From assembly GCF_020745735.1 (NCBI RefSeq), contig NC_083413.1, forward strand, positions 97,226,796 to 97,290,795: a DNA stretch of 64,000 bases. Direction: 5' to 3'. Positions within the stretch are counted from its first letter, which is position 1; each line of letters begins with the position of its first letter. Positions 23,870 to 34,489 of this stretch are shown here, in pieces. Position numbers and translations under genes: made by a program. Source of the DNA: Hemiscyllium ocellatum. Its lineage: Eukaryota. Below the pieces are notes generated by a model that did no database searches, was not told the DNA's origin, and saw only the letters and a program-made list of their open reading frames with translations.

Positions 23870-25530
23870 ATGATGTTTAAAGTACTGGGACTGTTTAGAG
23901 TTATGATGTTAGCCCTCTTGGTATTGGGATTTTGTCAAATATCCTTTTCATATGTATTATAAATGGTTCCTGAGTCTGATAATCCACAAGTAATAGACGC
24001 TGATGCATGCAGCTTAGTAAATTGTGGGGATGTAGATAATCAGAGACAGTACCGCAGTTCAGAGATACATCTTAAGTCCTTGGGGATGGCCTTGGGGATG
24101 GTACTTGGTATAATAGTCTCGTCACAGTACACCGGACTCCCTTCCAACCAGCTCGTGATTGTCCCAATAAAAAGTGTAACCCAATATACCTGACAATAAA
24201 GAAAACCACATGGCACGAAGCAATTCTGGGCAGGGGCACCTATGCGATACAATTAAATGAAACATTTGGGATAGAAATGAAAGCACATGGGAAACATTTC
24301 GTGGGCTGTTGTTTTGGAATTAGCGTAGGACAGGGAAAACGGGTGGAATTACTGGATAATGAGATACAACCTTTCACCCCTCCCACTGATCCTAAAGTAG
24401 TAAAAATTAGAGGTAAAGAACTTGAAACAGACTCTCGAAATAGAAACTGGATACAGGGATGCAAATGCCTGGGTTGAATGGGTAAAGTATACTGTAAAAG
24501 GTCTGAACAAAAGCAATTGCTATGCATGTGCCTCCGGTAGGCCAGTGGCCCAGGTGGTTCCCTTTCCGCTTGGGTGGAAGCGAGACAGGCAGGGCATGAA
24601 ATGTATGATAACCCTGTATCAGGATGAGACTGCATGGAATGATAGGAATTGTACCTCCCTATCTCTGATGTTCCCTCCCTTGGAGAAGAAAGATGTACAA
24701 GTTTTCCCCGCATTTTCCGCTGCAGTTGGAAATCACACGTTGTGTGTGTGTAGACGAGGTACAAGTCGGTCTAGAGATTTGGGGGAGCTGAAATTGTGTA
24801 CAGAGATTAAAAATGTCACCGAAACGAAGAAAGAAGGGAACTACTCAGCACTAAAGGTTCCCCGAGCGGATCTGTGGTGGTACTGTGGAGGCAAAATATT
24901 GAGACCCACCCTACCTCCGGATTGGAGAGGGATATGTGCAATTGTACAATTGGCAATTCCATTTACCCTGGCAGTTGAGAAGGAAAAGATAATAGGGAAA
25001 CAGGGAAGGGGTAAGAGATCACCGTTAGACACTCTTTTGATGACAGGATTTATCTCGATTAGGTAGGGGTCCCTAGGGGGGTACCCGATGAGTTCAAGGC
25101 TTGTAACCAGATTGCAGCAGGCTTTGAGTCAGCTCTCTTTTGGTGGGTAAAAATTAATAAAAATGTAGATTGGCTAAATTACATTTTCTATAATCAACAG
25201 TGATTTATAAATTATACAAGGGATGCGGTTAAAGGATTTTCAGACCAGCTTGATGTGACAAGTAGGATGGCATGGGAAAACAGAATGGCCCTTGATATGA
25301 TTTTAGCAGAAAAAGGGTGTGTGTGTGTGATGTTAGGAGGAAGCTGTTGTATCATACCCTGTATACAAGGGCTCACTCAAAGACTGATTGACACAGCCTT
25401 AATGAAACAGATGCCCTTAAAAGGAAATCTGACAGAAGAGCTTTATCAACTAAATATTGAGGAGATGAGTGAGACCAAGATGGATGAAATATCCGGAATG
25501 ATGCTTGCGAATTTTGGGAGCAATGCTTAA
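23870..25530 (+). pseudogene. env: ERV gamma-type env (SU with CxxC, furin site, TM with ISD and CX6CC), with stops, frameshifts and loss of the membrane anchor
   Basis: Splice acceptor ttttgtgcttcag just before ATG 23870; signal-like MMFKVLGLFRVMMLALLVLGFC; CYAC; RGKR; GVPRGVPDEFKA; ENRMALDMILAEKG; CVMLGGSCC. Confidence 0.92.
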
Positions 25531-25560
25531 TAGAACAAAATGCAGAAGGTAACAAATGGT

Positions 25561-25580
25561 AAAGAAAGAAAAAGGGGAAA
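25561..25580 (+). promoter_or_regulatory. Polypurine tract
   Basis: AAAGAAAGAAAAAGGGGAAA immediately before the 3' LTR TG. Confidence 0.9.
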
Positions 25581-25581
25581 T

Positions 25582-26090
25582 TGTGGGATATAGGAAATTT
25601 ATGTTTCTTCTGCAATTCTAAAATTCATTATATAACTCACATCAGTGCGCAATTGTTTCAGCCAGGAGCTGAGTCAACAAGAATGTGAACTCTGTGGAGG
25701 AAATGCTAATTGGTTTGCTAAGGATGTAACAAATGGTAACCCCATTTAGAAGGGCTTTGTGACAGGATGCCGGGAAAAGGCAGGATGAGGGGCAAATAGC
25801 CTGAGATCAGGAATGAGCATGTTTTTCACAGACAAGACCGGATAAGACACGAGATAAGCAGGAGGGTCTCAGGGCAGTGGAGGATGTAAATGGGGGGGAA
25901 ACACAATGAAATAAGGAAAAAATATGTGGTAACCAAATTGTATAAATACCGAGTATTTGTTGAATTCGGTGTATTTTGTCCCTGCCTTGTGGACATCACA
26001 CCCACTTGCAAGTGTGAAATAAAGAGCTCTGCTGATTCAGATCTTGTCTCGGACTGTAATTATTGCAGTGAGTGAGCTTTGTTTCTCACA
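25582..26090 (+). repeat. 3' LTR (509 bp, TG...CA)
   Basis: TGTGGG start after the PPT, AATAAA 26018-26023, CTCACA end followed by TSD. Confidence 0.95.
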
Positions 26091-26820
26091 AGTGGAATCC
26101 CTCATACCAAGCCCAGGTGTCCCACAGGGAGTGTCCTTACAGCTGTTAGTAACCCAGCCCTTGGTGAGCTGCTGTCACTCACAGTGAGAGATGTTAGTGT
26201 GGGTGTTCTCCTGGAACAAATATTGATGCTGTTTGTCACTAACCCGGGATGGGACTTTCCCTTGGCTGGCCTGCCTGAGCTCCTCCCTCAGCTGTTCCAT
26301 CATCCCGTTACTGCACAGGGTGTGGTTTTACTGCTCACCGTCATCTCTGATTGGGCCCTGGATGATCTGGTTAATCGTGTTGGTGTGATCCTCCAGTCTG
26401 GTCACTAAGTGATGGTTAGCCTGATTCTCCACCAGTTGTCCCATGGTCTCCTCTGGGATTTCTGTGTTCAGTCTTTCTCAGGCTCATTAGAGAGCTGTTG
26501 GGTCAGGATCCTGAGTTTATTCTCCAAATTAGCCAAGTCAGCGTACTGACCGGTAACACTCCAGCCCTGGGAGTGGACTCAGATACTGTGGCTAAATCAT
26601 GAATGGAGTTCCCTTTTCTTTCATCTGCTAATTGCTGTTCCGGGTTTTCCCTGTCCCTTATCCCATTATCAGGTGGGAACATAATCATTTTAATGGGGAA
26701 GGACGCCACTCTGGTTACTGTATCCCTGATGCATTCATTATGATTAGTGTCAGTTTGTTATTGAACAAGGTATTCCCTGTGAGCTCAATGACTAGTCGAT
26801 TGTGAGGGCCTGGTGTGTGT
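26091..26820 (-). pseudogene. env: Upstream part of fusion-protein-type env of the older retro-element
   Basis: SR*KKR|ELHS furin-like site (26612-26626), then heptad-like ADLANLENKLRILTQQLS and LVTRLEDHTNTINQII, then LCSNGMMEQLREELRQASQGKVPS; several stops and frameshifts. Confidence 0.65.
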
Positions 26821-27039
26821 GGGGGAGGAGCCTTCCCTTCTGGTCTCAGTCCGTTTTTAATTTTGTTTCTGAGGAATTCTCCCTGGTTGGGCTTCCTGGG
26901 ATATCACTGTCTGAACTCTGACCCCTTGTCCGGGCTGTGTGCTCAGTATCTCACTACCATACACCCATTCTCGGGGAAACCCCACCAATCGCCCATGATA
27001 CCTGAGCTTCTGGAACACAATGTGGAAACCTGTTAAGTC

Positions 27040-28200
27040 TATTTCCTGTTCAGCAATTAATTAGCAGAGAGCCCAGGTCTCATTACAGGGGTGTCTGAGG
27101 GGTCGAATCCCAGGTGTCCCTCCTCCTTTCTGAGACATGGGAGACAAAGGGTCAGGCCCAGTTTCTCATCACTAAGAGAGATGCAGGTCATATCCCCAAA
27201 AATCCAGACAAATTGGACCCAGAGTCTCCGGGTGAAGCTGACAGAGGGAGGGAAGGGCATTCCACTGGCTGTTGTTCTGCAGTTATGTGGCGCCTCTGCA
27301 GGGTCTGCCTTATCCTGCCCTCGAGCAGTGAGGACTGCTGACTTCATCACATCATGGATGCCCCTCCCGAGCTGTTGGCCCTCAGGGAGGGCTGAATGGC
27401 CTGCTGGGCTAAGGCACATGGCAATTAATTTGGTTTGCTCCTCAGCATCCACACTGTGTATGTCGGTCAATCTCATCCAAACATGTATCTGGGTCAGAGA
27501 CGGGATCGTTTTGGTGCTGCCCACCAGCTGGGTGCCTGGAATGGCTGTTGTGTACGGAGTGAGACCATCAGCTGTTTGACACTGGGTAACCACAGGGTTC
27601 ATGGAATCTGAGTTCGGCTGTGGCTCAGGGCTGGGGACAAAAGGTACAGTGTTCTGGGAGAAAGGCAGTGGGAGTCCCCATCTGTGGGTGGGTGTGGATG
27701 TGTCAGTGTGGGGGCTGTTGTTATCTCCCTGGGGAGGTAGAACCCCAAAGGCACATATTGTCCCATTCTGGGAGGAGTCCTAGTTCCCTAGGGATTGTAT
27801 TTGCACCTGGCACCTCCTACTGGGGCCTGATGTGTGTTGTTCCATGTTGCAGGTGTACAGGACACATGCAGCTGCTTGGAGCTCATACACTGTCCTTCCA
27901 GATTGTCCGTGTAACCTGAGGGTGCCTCCCCATCCCCAGAGGCCCTACTTTCACTGGAATGGGCTCTTCCCAATTGTAACTGGAGTAGTCCCATTTGGGT
28001 GAGGTTTTCCTGCAACCTTCTGTCCTGCTCATTGTGTAGGAGACCTACCTCGGTCACAGCCTGTAGGTTTCCCTGGGGTGACTGGATCCCAGCTGCCTTA
28101 TCCCAGCTGGGGGTCCTCCAGACCAACGGCAGTGGAGTGAGCTTTCCAGCTTCCTTCCCCAGTTCTCTATGGGCATCTCACCTCAGCTCCTGTGCCAGGA
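27040..28200 (-). pseudogene. gag: gag-like gene of the older retro-element (coiled-coil N-terminus plus capsid-like domain)
   Basis: 27788-28126 helical EQDRRLQENLTQ..LQLQL; 27057-27602 MNPVVT..YTT..TQL..EEQTKLIAMCLSP..SALP..DPAE..C..FTRRLWVQF..FGD..DPSD. By recollection this resembles foamy/loki-like fish and shark ERV Gag; needs HMM confirmation. Confidence 0.6.
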
Positions 28201-28319
28201 ATCCTTCCCTGCAAGGCCAGGCTGGCTTCCTGCCAAATTCTGCAGGACTGTTTCACATTTGAACCGGCTCGTGTCCCTATTGCTTTGGCTGCTTCTGTAT
28301 TATGGGACACCTGGGTACA

Positions 28320-29270
28320 TTCATAGAGTCATAGAGTTCTACAGCATGGAGACAGGCTCTTTGGCCCAAACTGGTCCATCCACACTAACCCTGTTTCCCT
28401 GCACTTGGCCCATATCCTTTCAATACGTTCCTCTCCATGTATTTGTCCAAGTGCCTTTTAAATGTTATTAAATGTATCCTCCTCGACCACTTCCACTGAT
28501 AGTTCATTCCGTATGTGTACCACCCTCTGGGTAAAAGCGTTGTCCCTCAGGTTCACCTTTAATCTTTCCCCTTTCACCTTAAACTGATGCCCTTTTATCC
28601 TAGATTCCCCAAGCCTTGGATAAAGACTGAGTGCATTCACCCTATCCATGCCTCCCATGATCTTATACATCTCTATAAGGACCGCCCTCAGTCTCCTACA
28701 CACTAAAGAAAATGTCCTAGCTTGTCTAACCTCTCTCTATAACTCTAGTTGAGTTCTGGCAACATCCTTGCAAATTTCTTCAGCACTTTTTCCAGTTTAA
28801 TAACATCCTTCCTATAGCATGGTGGGCAAAACTGAACACAATATTCCATGTGTGGCCTCACTAACATCCTGCACAATTACAACAGAACTTCCCAACTTCG
28901 ATATTCCATGCCCTGACTGATGAATGGCCCAGTGTGCAAAAAGCCTTCTTCACTGCCCTGTCTCCCTGAGTTCAGAGAGCTGTGCTCCTGGAATCCAAGG
29001 TCCCTCTGTTCCACTATACTCCTTCAGGTCCTACCATTCACCGTGAAACCCCGTCTTCATTTGTCTTACCAAAATGCAAGATCTCGCACTTGTCTTTATT
29101 AAACTCCATTTGCCATTTCTCAGCCCAATTCTCCAGCTGATCAAGGTGCTGTTGCAATTGCTGAGAACCTTCCTCACTTATTTTAGTGTAATCTGCAAAA
29201 TTACTAATCATGCCTTAAACATCCTCGTCCAAATCATTGATATAGATAACAAACAGTAATGGGCCTAGCA
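28320..29270 (-). mobile_element. CR1-type LINE 3' portion
   Basis: LIEMYKIMGGMDRVN..FTQRVVHIRNEL motifs and tail. Confidence 0.85.
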
Positions 29271-29394
29271 CTGACCAGCTCAGTGACACAATGGTTCCGT
29301 GGTTAGCACGGCTGCCTTACAGCACCGTGGACCTGGGGTCAATTTCTACCTCACAGGATGGTCTGTGTGGGTTAGATCCTGTTAGAGTTAGATC

Positions 29395-29975
29395 TCTGAC
29401 AGTATGAAAACAGGCCATTTGGCCCAACAAACAACACCGACTTGCTGAAGAGTAACCCACCCAGAGCCATTCTCCCTACCCAACATTTACCCTTAATGAA
29501 TGCACCTAGCACTATGGGCAATTTAGCCTGGCCAATTCATCTGACCAGCGCATTTTTGGAATGGGGAGAAAACCGGAGCACCCGAAGGAAACCCACGCAG
29601 ACACAGGGAGAATGTGCAAACTCCACAGAGTCACCCGAGGCTGGGGTCGAACCCGTGTCCCTGGTGCTGTGAGGCAGGAGTGCCAACCACTGAGCCACCA
29701 TGCCACACCAACTGAGTTTGTACGTTGCCCCATGTCTGTGTGGGTTTCATCTGGGTGCACCGGTTTCCTCCCACAATCCAAAGATCTGCAGGTCAAGTGA
29801 ATTGGCAATGCTCAATTGCTGAGTATGTTCATGGATGTGTAAGTAAGTTGCATTAGTCAGGGGTAAATGTAGAGTAATAAAGTAGGGGAATGGGTTTGAG
29901 TGAAATAATCTTCAGAGGGCCAGTGGACTTGTTGGGCCGAAGGGCCTGTTTCGACAGAGGTGTGATTCTATGATT
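29395..29975. mobile_element. Two HE1-type SINEs head-to-head (minus 29395-29705, plus 29706-29975)
   Basis: HE1 core and tails in opposite orientations. Confidence 0.75.
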
Positions 29976-29979
29976 CTAT

Positions 29980-30755
29980 GACCGCTGAGGCACGCCACTA
30001 GTCACAGGCCCTCAGCCTGACTGTTATCCTCTGCTTCCTACCATCAAGCCAATTGTGTACTCAGTTTGCCAACGCCCCCTGGATTCCACGTGATCTAACC
30101 TTCCAGAACAAGGTACCATGTGGAACCTTATCAAAGGCCTTCCTGAAATCTGTAGAGTCTACATGTACTGGCCTGCCCTCGTCAAACCTCCTGATCACTT
30201 CAATACAGAACGCTGACAAATTTGTGAGGCATGGTCTCCCATGCACAAGGCTGTGCTGACTACTCCCAATCAAATGTTGTATTTCCAAATGCATGTATAT
30301 CTCATCTCCCAGAATCTTCTCAAGTAACTTCCTTCCCACAGATGTTAGGTTTACTGATCTATAGTTCCCAGGTTTATCTTTGCAGCCATTCTTGAATAAG
30401 GGCACAACATATGCTGTCCTCCAGTCTTCCGGGACCTCACCCGTGGCTAACGGTGAGGCAAAAAGATCAGCAGGGACCCCACAAGTACTTGTCTCGCCTC
30501 TTGAGGTGCTGTTGGATATGTTAGGTCAGGTCCAGGAGATTTATCCACCTTCATACATTCTAATGCACTCAACACATCCTCTCCTGTGATATGGACTGAC
30601 CCCGAGAGATCATCACTAACTTTCCCAAATTCCCAAGCCTTCATGTCCTTCCCCAAGGTCAACACAGAGGTGAAATACTCCTGCGATTCTGCACACACAT
30701 GTCCACTTTGGCACTTGAAGGATCCTATTTTCTCTCGATTTATTCTTTTTTCCTT
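29980..30755 (-). mobile_element. CR1-type LINE ORF2 fragment
   Basis: PLFKNGCKDKPGNYRSVNLTSV..DFRKAFDKVPHG. Confidence 0.9.
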
Positions 30756-31222
30756 GGGAGGGCGAGATTGCAGTGTTGGGTAGGGATCAGTCAGGCAGGG
30801 GGTGATTGCAGTATTGGGTATGGATCAGTCAGGGAGGGGGTGGGTGCAGTGTTGGATAGGGATCAGTCGGGGGAGATTATAATATTGGGTAGGGATCAGT
30901 TAGGGAGGGGGAGATTGCAGTGTTGGGTAGGGATAGGTCGGGGTGATATTGCAGTGTTGGGTAGGGATCAGTAAGGGAGGGTGGGTTGTAGTGTTGGGTA
31001 GGCATCAGTCAGGGAGGGGGAGATTGCAGTGTTGGTTAGGGATCTGTAAAGTAGGGGGGTATTGCAGTGTTGGGTAGGGATCGGTCAGGGAGGAGGAGAT
31101 TACAGTGTTGTTTAGGGGTCAGTTAGGGAGGGGGATATTGCAGTATTGGCTAGGGATCAGTCAGGGAGGGGGTAATTGCAGTGTTGAGTAGGGATCAGTC
31201 AGGGAGAGGGGTGACTGCTGTG
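30756..31222 (+). repeat. G-rich minisatellite, about 38-bp unit ATTGCAGTGTTGGGTAGGGATCAGTCAGGGAGGGGGAG, about 12 copies
   Basis: Directly visible. Confidence 0.92.
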
Positions 31223-31429
31223 TCGGTGAATCTGTTTTTTTGGTGACAGTACAGATGGCTGTACAGTCTGTATCTCGAACTGTAACCAACGAATCCATAT
31301 TGTTCCAAAGTCAACAGAGTGTATGTTGGCTGCAAGATAGAAAGTGCTTTTTGAATTTAAAGCACAGCAACAGCTGCCATCTGAGAGATGAGCTGTTCCA
31401 AAATAGATGCATGTTCCAATTACCTGAGG

Positions 31430-32097
31430 TTTGGCTGCTGTTTTGACCACATTTCCAATTTACCCAATTAGTTGAAGTTGTGCCCTGGACACCAGAAACC
31501 AATGGCATTTGGTTTGATTGTTTTGATACCTAGAAACTGATTATAAGAGTTTATTGAGTTGTGGGTGTTATATAAACTTGGTATTTTGAAAGTATGAGGG
31601 ATAGCAACTGCCATCGAATAGCGAACAACTGCTGTCGAGCCCGAGAGCTAAATGACCATCTCGCATCTTCCTCTCAAAGAAATTAGAAAACAATTTCAAA
31701 CAAAGTACCTTTTCATGTAAAACCTGCTCACATCAAAAAAAATAAAGAAGACAGCCCAGCGAGATCAGCAGCAGGAGGATTGAAAACAGAGAAACCTGTT
31801 TGGTTCTGAGATTAAGTTAATGCAATGCTTAATAAGTGTCGAGTTTAATAATTGGAACAGTGTACTTTTGTGGAGTTGGAGTCAGGTACTAAGTAGGTAA
31901 AAGAAGGGGACTTGGATTTGTGAACAGTTGTTGTTTAGTGTTCACTATTAGAGTTAAGAAAATAATTATAATTTTCTTAATGTATTGGAATTTTGGAGTT
32001 CTCTGTCCCTATTATTTTAACAGATTACAGAGTGAACCAAGACTCTCTGGGTGTTTGGTTTAATTAACAGAGAGGTTCGACCTCTGCACCGTAATCA
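31430..32097 (+). repeat. Probable solo LTR (5' boundary uncertain)
   Basis: AT-rich LTR-like body ending gggtgtttggtttaattaacagagaggttcgacctctgcaccgtaatca, a degenerate ...CGTAACA terminus of a type I recall from shark LTRs. Confidence 0.4.
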
Positions 32098-32439
32098 ATG
32101 GCAGGAAATTTCTATTGAGACTGCAATGGATAAGCAGCCCAAAGGAACTGGAAGTTTGATGCTGAAAAATAGAGGCCAGCCATTTCTATGGTGAGTGGGT
32201 TCTAATAATATCATGTAATCACCTGCCACGATTTCTCACTTCAAAACCGCTCATAGGTAGCTATTTGGGACATTAGTATAGGGTTGCTTGACATGGATTA
32301 TTTACAGATTAACTAGTCTGTTTAACTGTACCAGTACAGGCTGAAGAATTTGATTTTTGATGGACACTTAGAGGGTTCCAAGCTGATAGGACTTACCCAG
32401 TAGGAAATTCAACTTTCCTGGACAATTCCTTTGGATTAT

Positions 32440-32990
32440 GCTAAGATGGGGAATCTGCCGGTTCCCAGCTCAACCCTGCCTCTACACTGGGATAAAGACT
32501 CTCTGTCGGATGTGATAGAATATTCTCCACTTGCCTGTATGAGTGTAGCTCCAATAAACACTCAAGAAGCTTGACACCATCCAGGACAAAGCAACCTGCT
32601 TGATTGGCACCCCACCCATAAATATCCACTCCCTCCACCAAAGATGCTCAGTAGCAGCAGTGTGTACCACCTACAAATGCAGTGCAGATATTCACCAAAG
32701 ATCCTCATACAGCACCTTCCAAACCCACAGCCACTTCCATTTAGGACAATGGCAACAAATACACGGGAACACCACCTTATACAAATTGCCTTCCAAGCCG
32801 CTCACCATCTTGAAGAGGAAATATATCCCTGTGTCAAATTCCTGGAATTCCTTCCCTAACAACATTATGGGCGACCTACATGGACAATACTGGTTCAAGA
32901 AGGCAGTTCACCACCAACTTCTCAAGGGGCAACTAGGAACAGGTAAGAAATACTGGGCCTGGGCAGTGACGCCAACATCCCATGAATGAA
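32440..32990 (+). mobile_element. 3' end of a second CR1/L2-superfamily LINE
   Basis: LDTIQDKATCLIG-type ORF end and tail ...catcccatgaatgaat. Confidence 0.7.
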
Positions 32991-33061
32991 TTCGAAAAAT
33001 GGTTTCATGTCTGGAACAACAGGACCCTCCTGTGGCTTCACTAAGGAGCTTTATTTATTCA

Positions 33062-33343
33062 TTATGCAAGGAATTCCTTTGCTGTGTTAGTGACCTTCAC
33101 TCTGAACTGAGATAATGTTGCTGCATAAATAAACTTGTTTGTGTACCAACTTAGGGTCTGCAGCATATAACCAGGTTTGGTGAAGTTATGCAGGAAAAGC
33201 GAGTAATCTTCAGGATGGACTCCTTGAATAACATAATGTAAGAAACTTAAAACATCGATGAACAACAAGAGGATGAAGCTCCAAGAGATGGTGAGGAGCA
33301 AAATCACAGACTTCCTCCTGCTCTCCATCTCTGGGTCTCTGTG
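33062..33343 (-). pseudogene. C-terminal (TM6-TM7) fragment of a GPR139-like class A GPCR
   Basis: RDPEMESRRKSVILLLTISWSFILL...GYMLQTLSWYTNKFIYAATLSQFR, typical of the cartilaginous-fish GPR139-like family; truncated upstream by the env copy. Confidence 0.8.
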
Positions 33344-33347
33344 CTGT

Positions 33348-34250
33348 AGATACTGCACAGAATGCAGTTTTGTTGCCCACCGTCATTACTGCTGGGACAC
33401 CCTGTGCAGTATCTGCAGGAACAGGATGAGGGAGGAGTTCAGACAGGCCAGCCAAGGGAAAGCCCCATCGCAAATTTGTGACAAACAGTGTAAACATTTG
33501 GTCCAGGAAAGACCCACCCCAATATCTCTCACTGTCAGTTTAAATTACATTCCCAATAATATGGAAACAGGCTCTTCAGCCCAACAAGTCCACACTGACA
33601 CTCTGAAAAGGAACCCACTCAGACCCATTCCCCTATCCTATATTTACCCTAATGCACCTATCACTATTGGCAATTTAGAATGGCCAATTCACCTAAGCTG
33701 CACATCTTTGGCCTGTGGGAGGAAGCCCATGCAGACATGGGGAGAATGTGCAAACTCCACACAGACAGTTGCTCAAGGCTGGAAATGAACCCGTGTCACT
33801 GGTGCTGTGAGGCAGCAATGCTGACAACTGAGCTACCATCCACCCCAATTACAGCAGCTCACCAAGGTCTGGTTTAATGGCAGCTGCAAGGAGACTCTCA
33901 GTGCTAGGGATTCCAATTATCCCGAGTGACAAAGTTAGAATGACGTCCAAATTAACGGAATTATATAATAAAAAATGTATTTGGATGGCTTATCATAACT
34001 TCCTCCCAAATACTGCGGAGATAGAGGGGACATTGACAGGGACTACTCTTAAGGAAATGTGAAGGAACAGACCATACCATCACATGCCCGTAGCCTGTCA
34101 TCCATGAATTCAGATCCTCTCCCATCAAGCTGTGGTCCTAACTGCACTCACCTTGATATATCTTGGGATACTGGTGGTTACGATTGTAGTTTGGAAAAGG
34201 CACATATCCCCACACATGGGTATGATCCTGATGAATACAGATCAGGGGCT
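33348..34250 (+). pseudogene. env: Second copy of the fusion-protein-type env, split by an HE1 SINE (about 33555-33845)
   Basis: EEFRQASQGKAPSQICDKQ..LGIPIIPSDKVRMTSKLTELY..SCGPNCTHLDISW aligns to 26091-26330 joined to 18940-19263. Confidence 0.7.
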
Positions 34251-34342
34251 ATAAGGTAGATGGAACCTCCAGGGTTATCACGTTATTCTTATCCATTGAT
34301 GGGATGTGGGCATCACTGGCTGGGCCAGTGTTTATTACTTGA

Positions 34343-34436
34343 GTAAAAAATGAGGTCTGCAGATGCTGGAGATCACAGCTGCAAATGTGTTGCTGGTCAA
34401 AGCACAGCAGGCCAGGCAGCATCTCAGGAATAGAGA
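34343..34436 (-). mobile_element. Penelope pLTR 3' fragment
   Basis: Identical to 59147-59240; flanked by CAGTGTTTATTACTTGA at 34326-34342 and 34446-34462. Confidence 0.85.
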
Positions 34437-34489
34437 TGTTTATTACAGTGTTTATTACTTGACCCTAGTTGCCCTTTGGGGAGGATGGA

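Larger units (their letters stand above)
19264..26090 (+). mobile_element. Defective class I (epsilon/gamma-like) endogenous retrovirus, LTR-gag-pro-pol-env-LTR
   Basis: Paired LTRs, PBS, PPT, 4-bp TSD AGTG (19260-19263, 26091-26094) and recognisable gag/pro/pol/env remnants. Confidence 0.95.
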
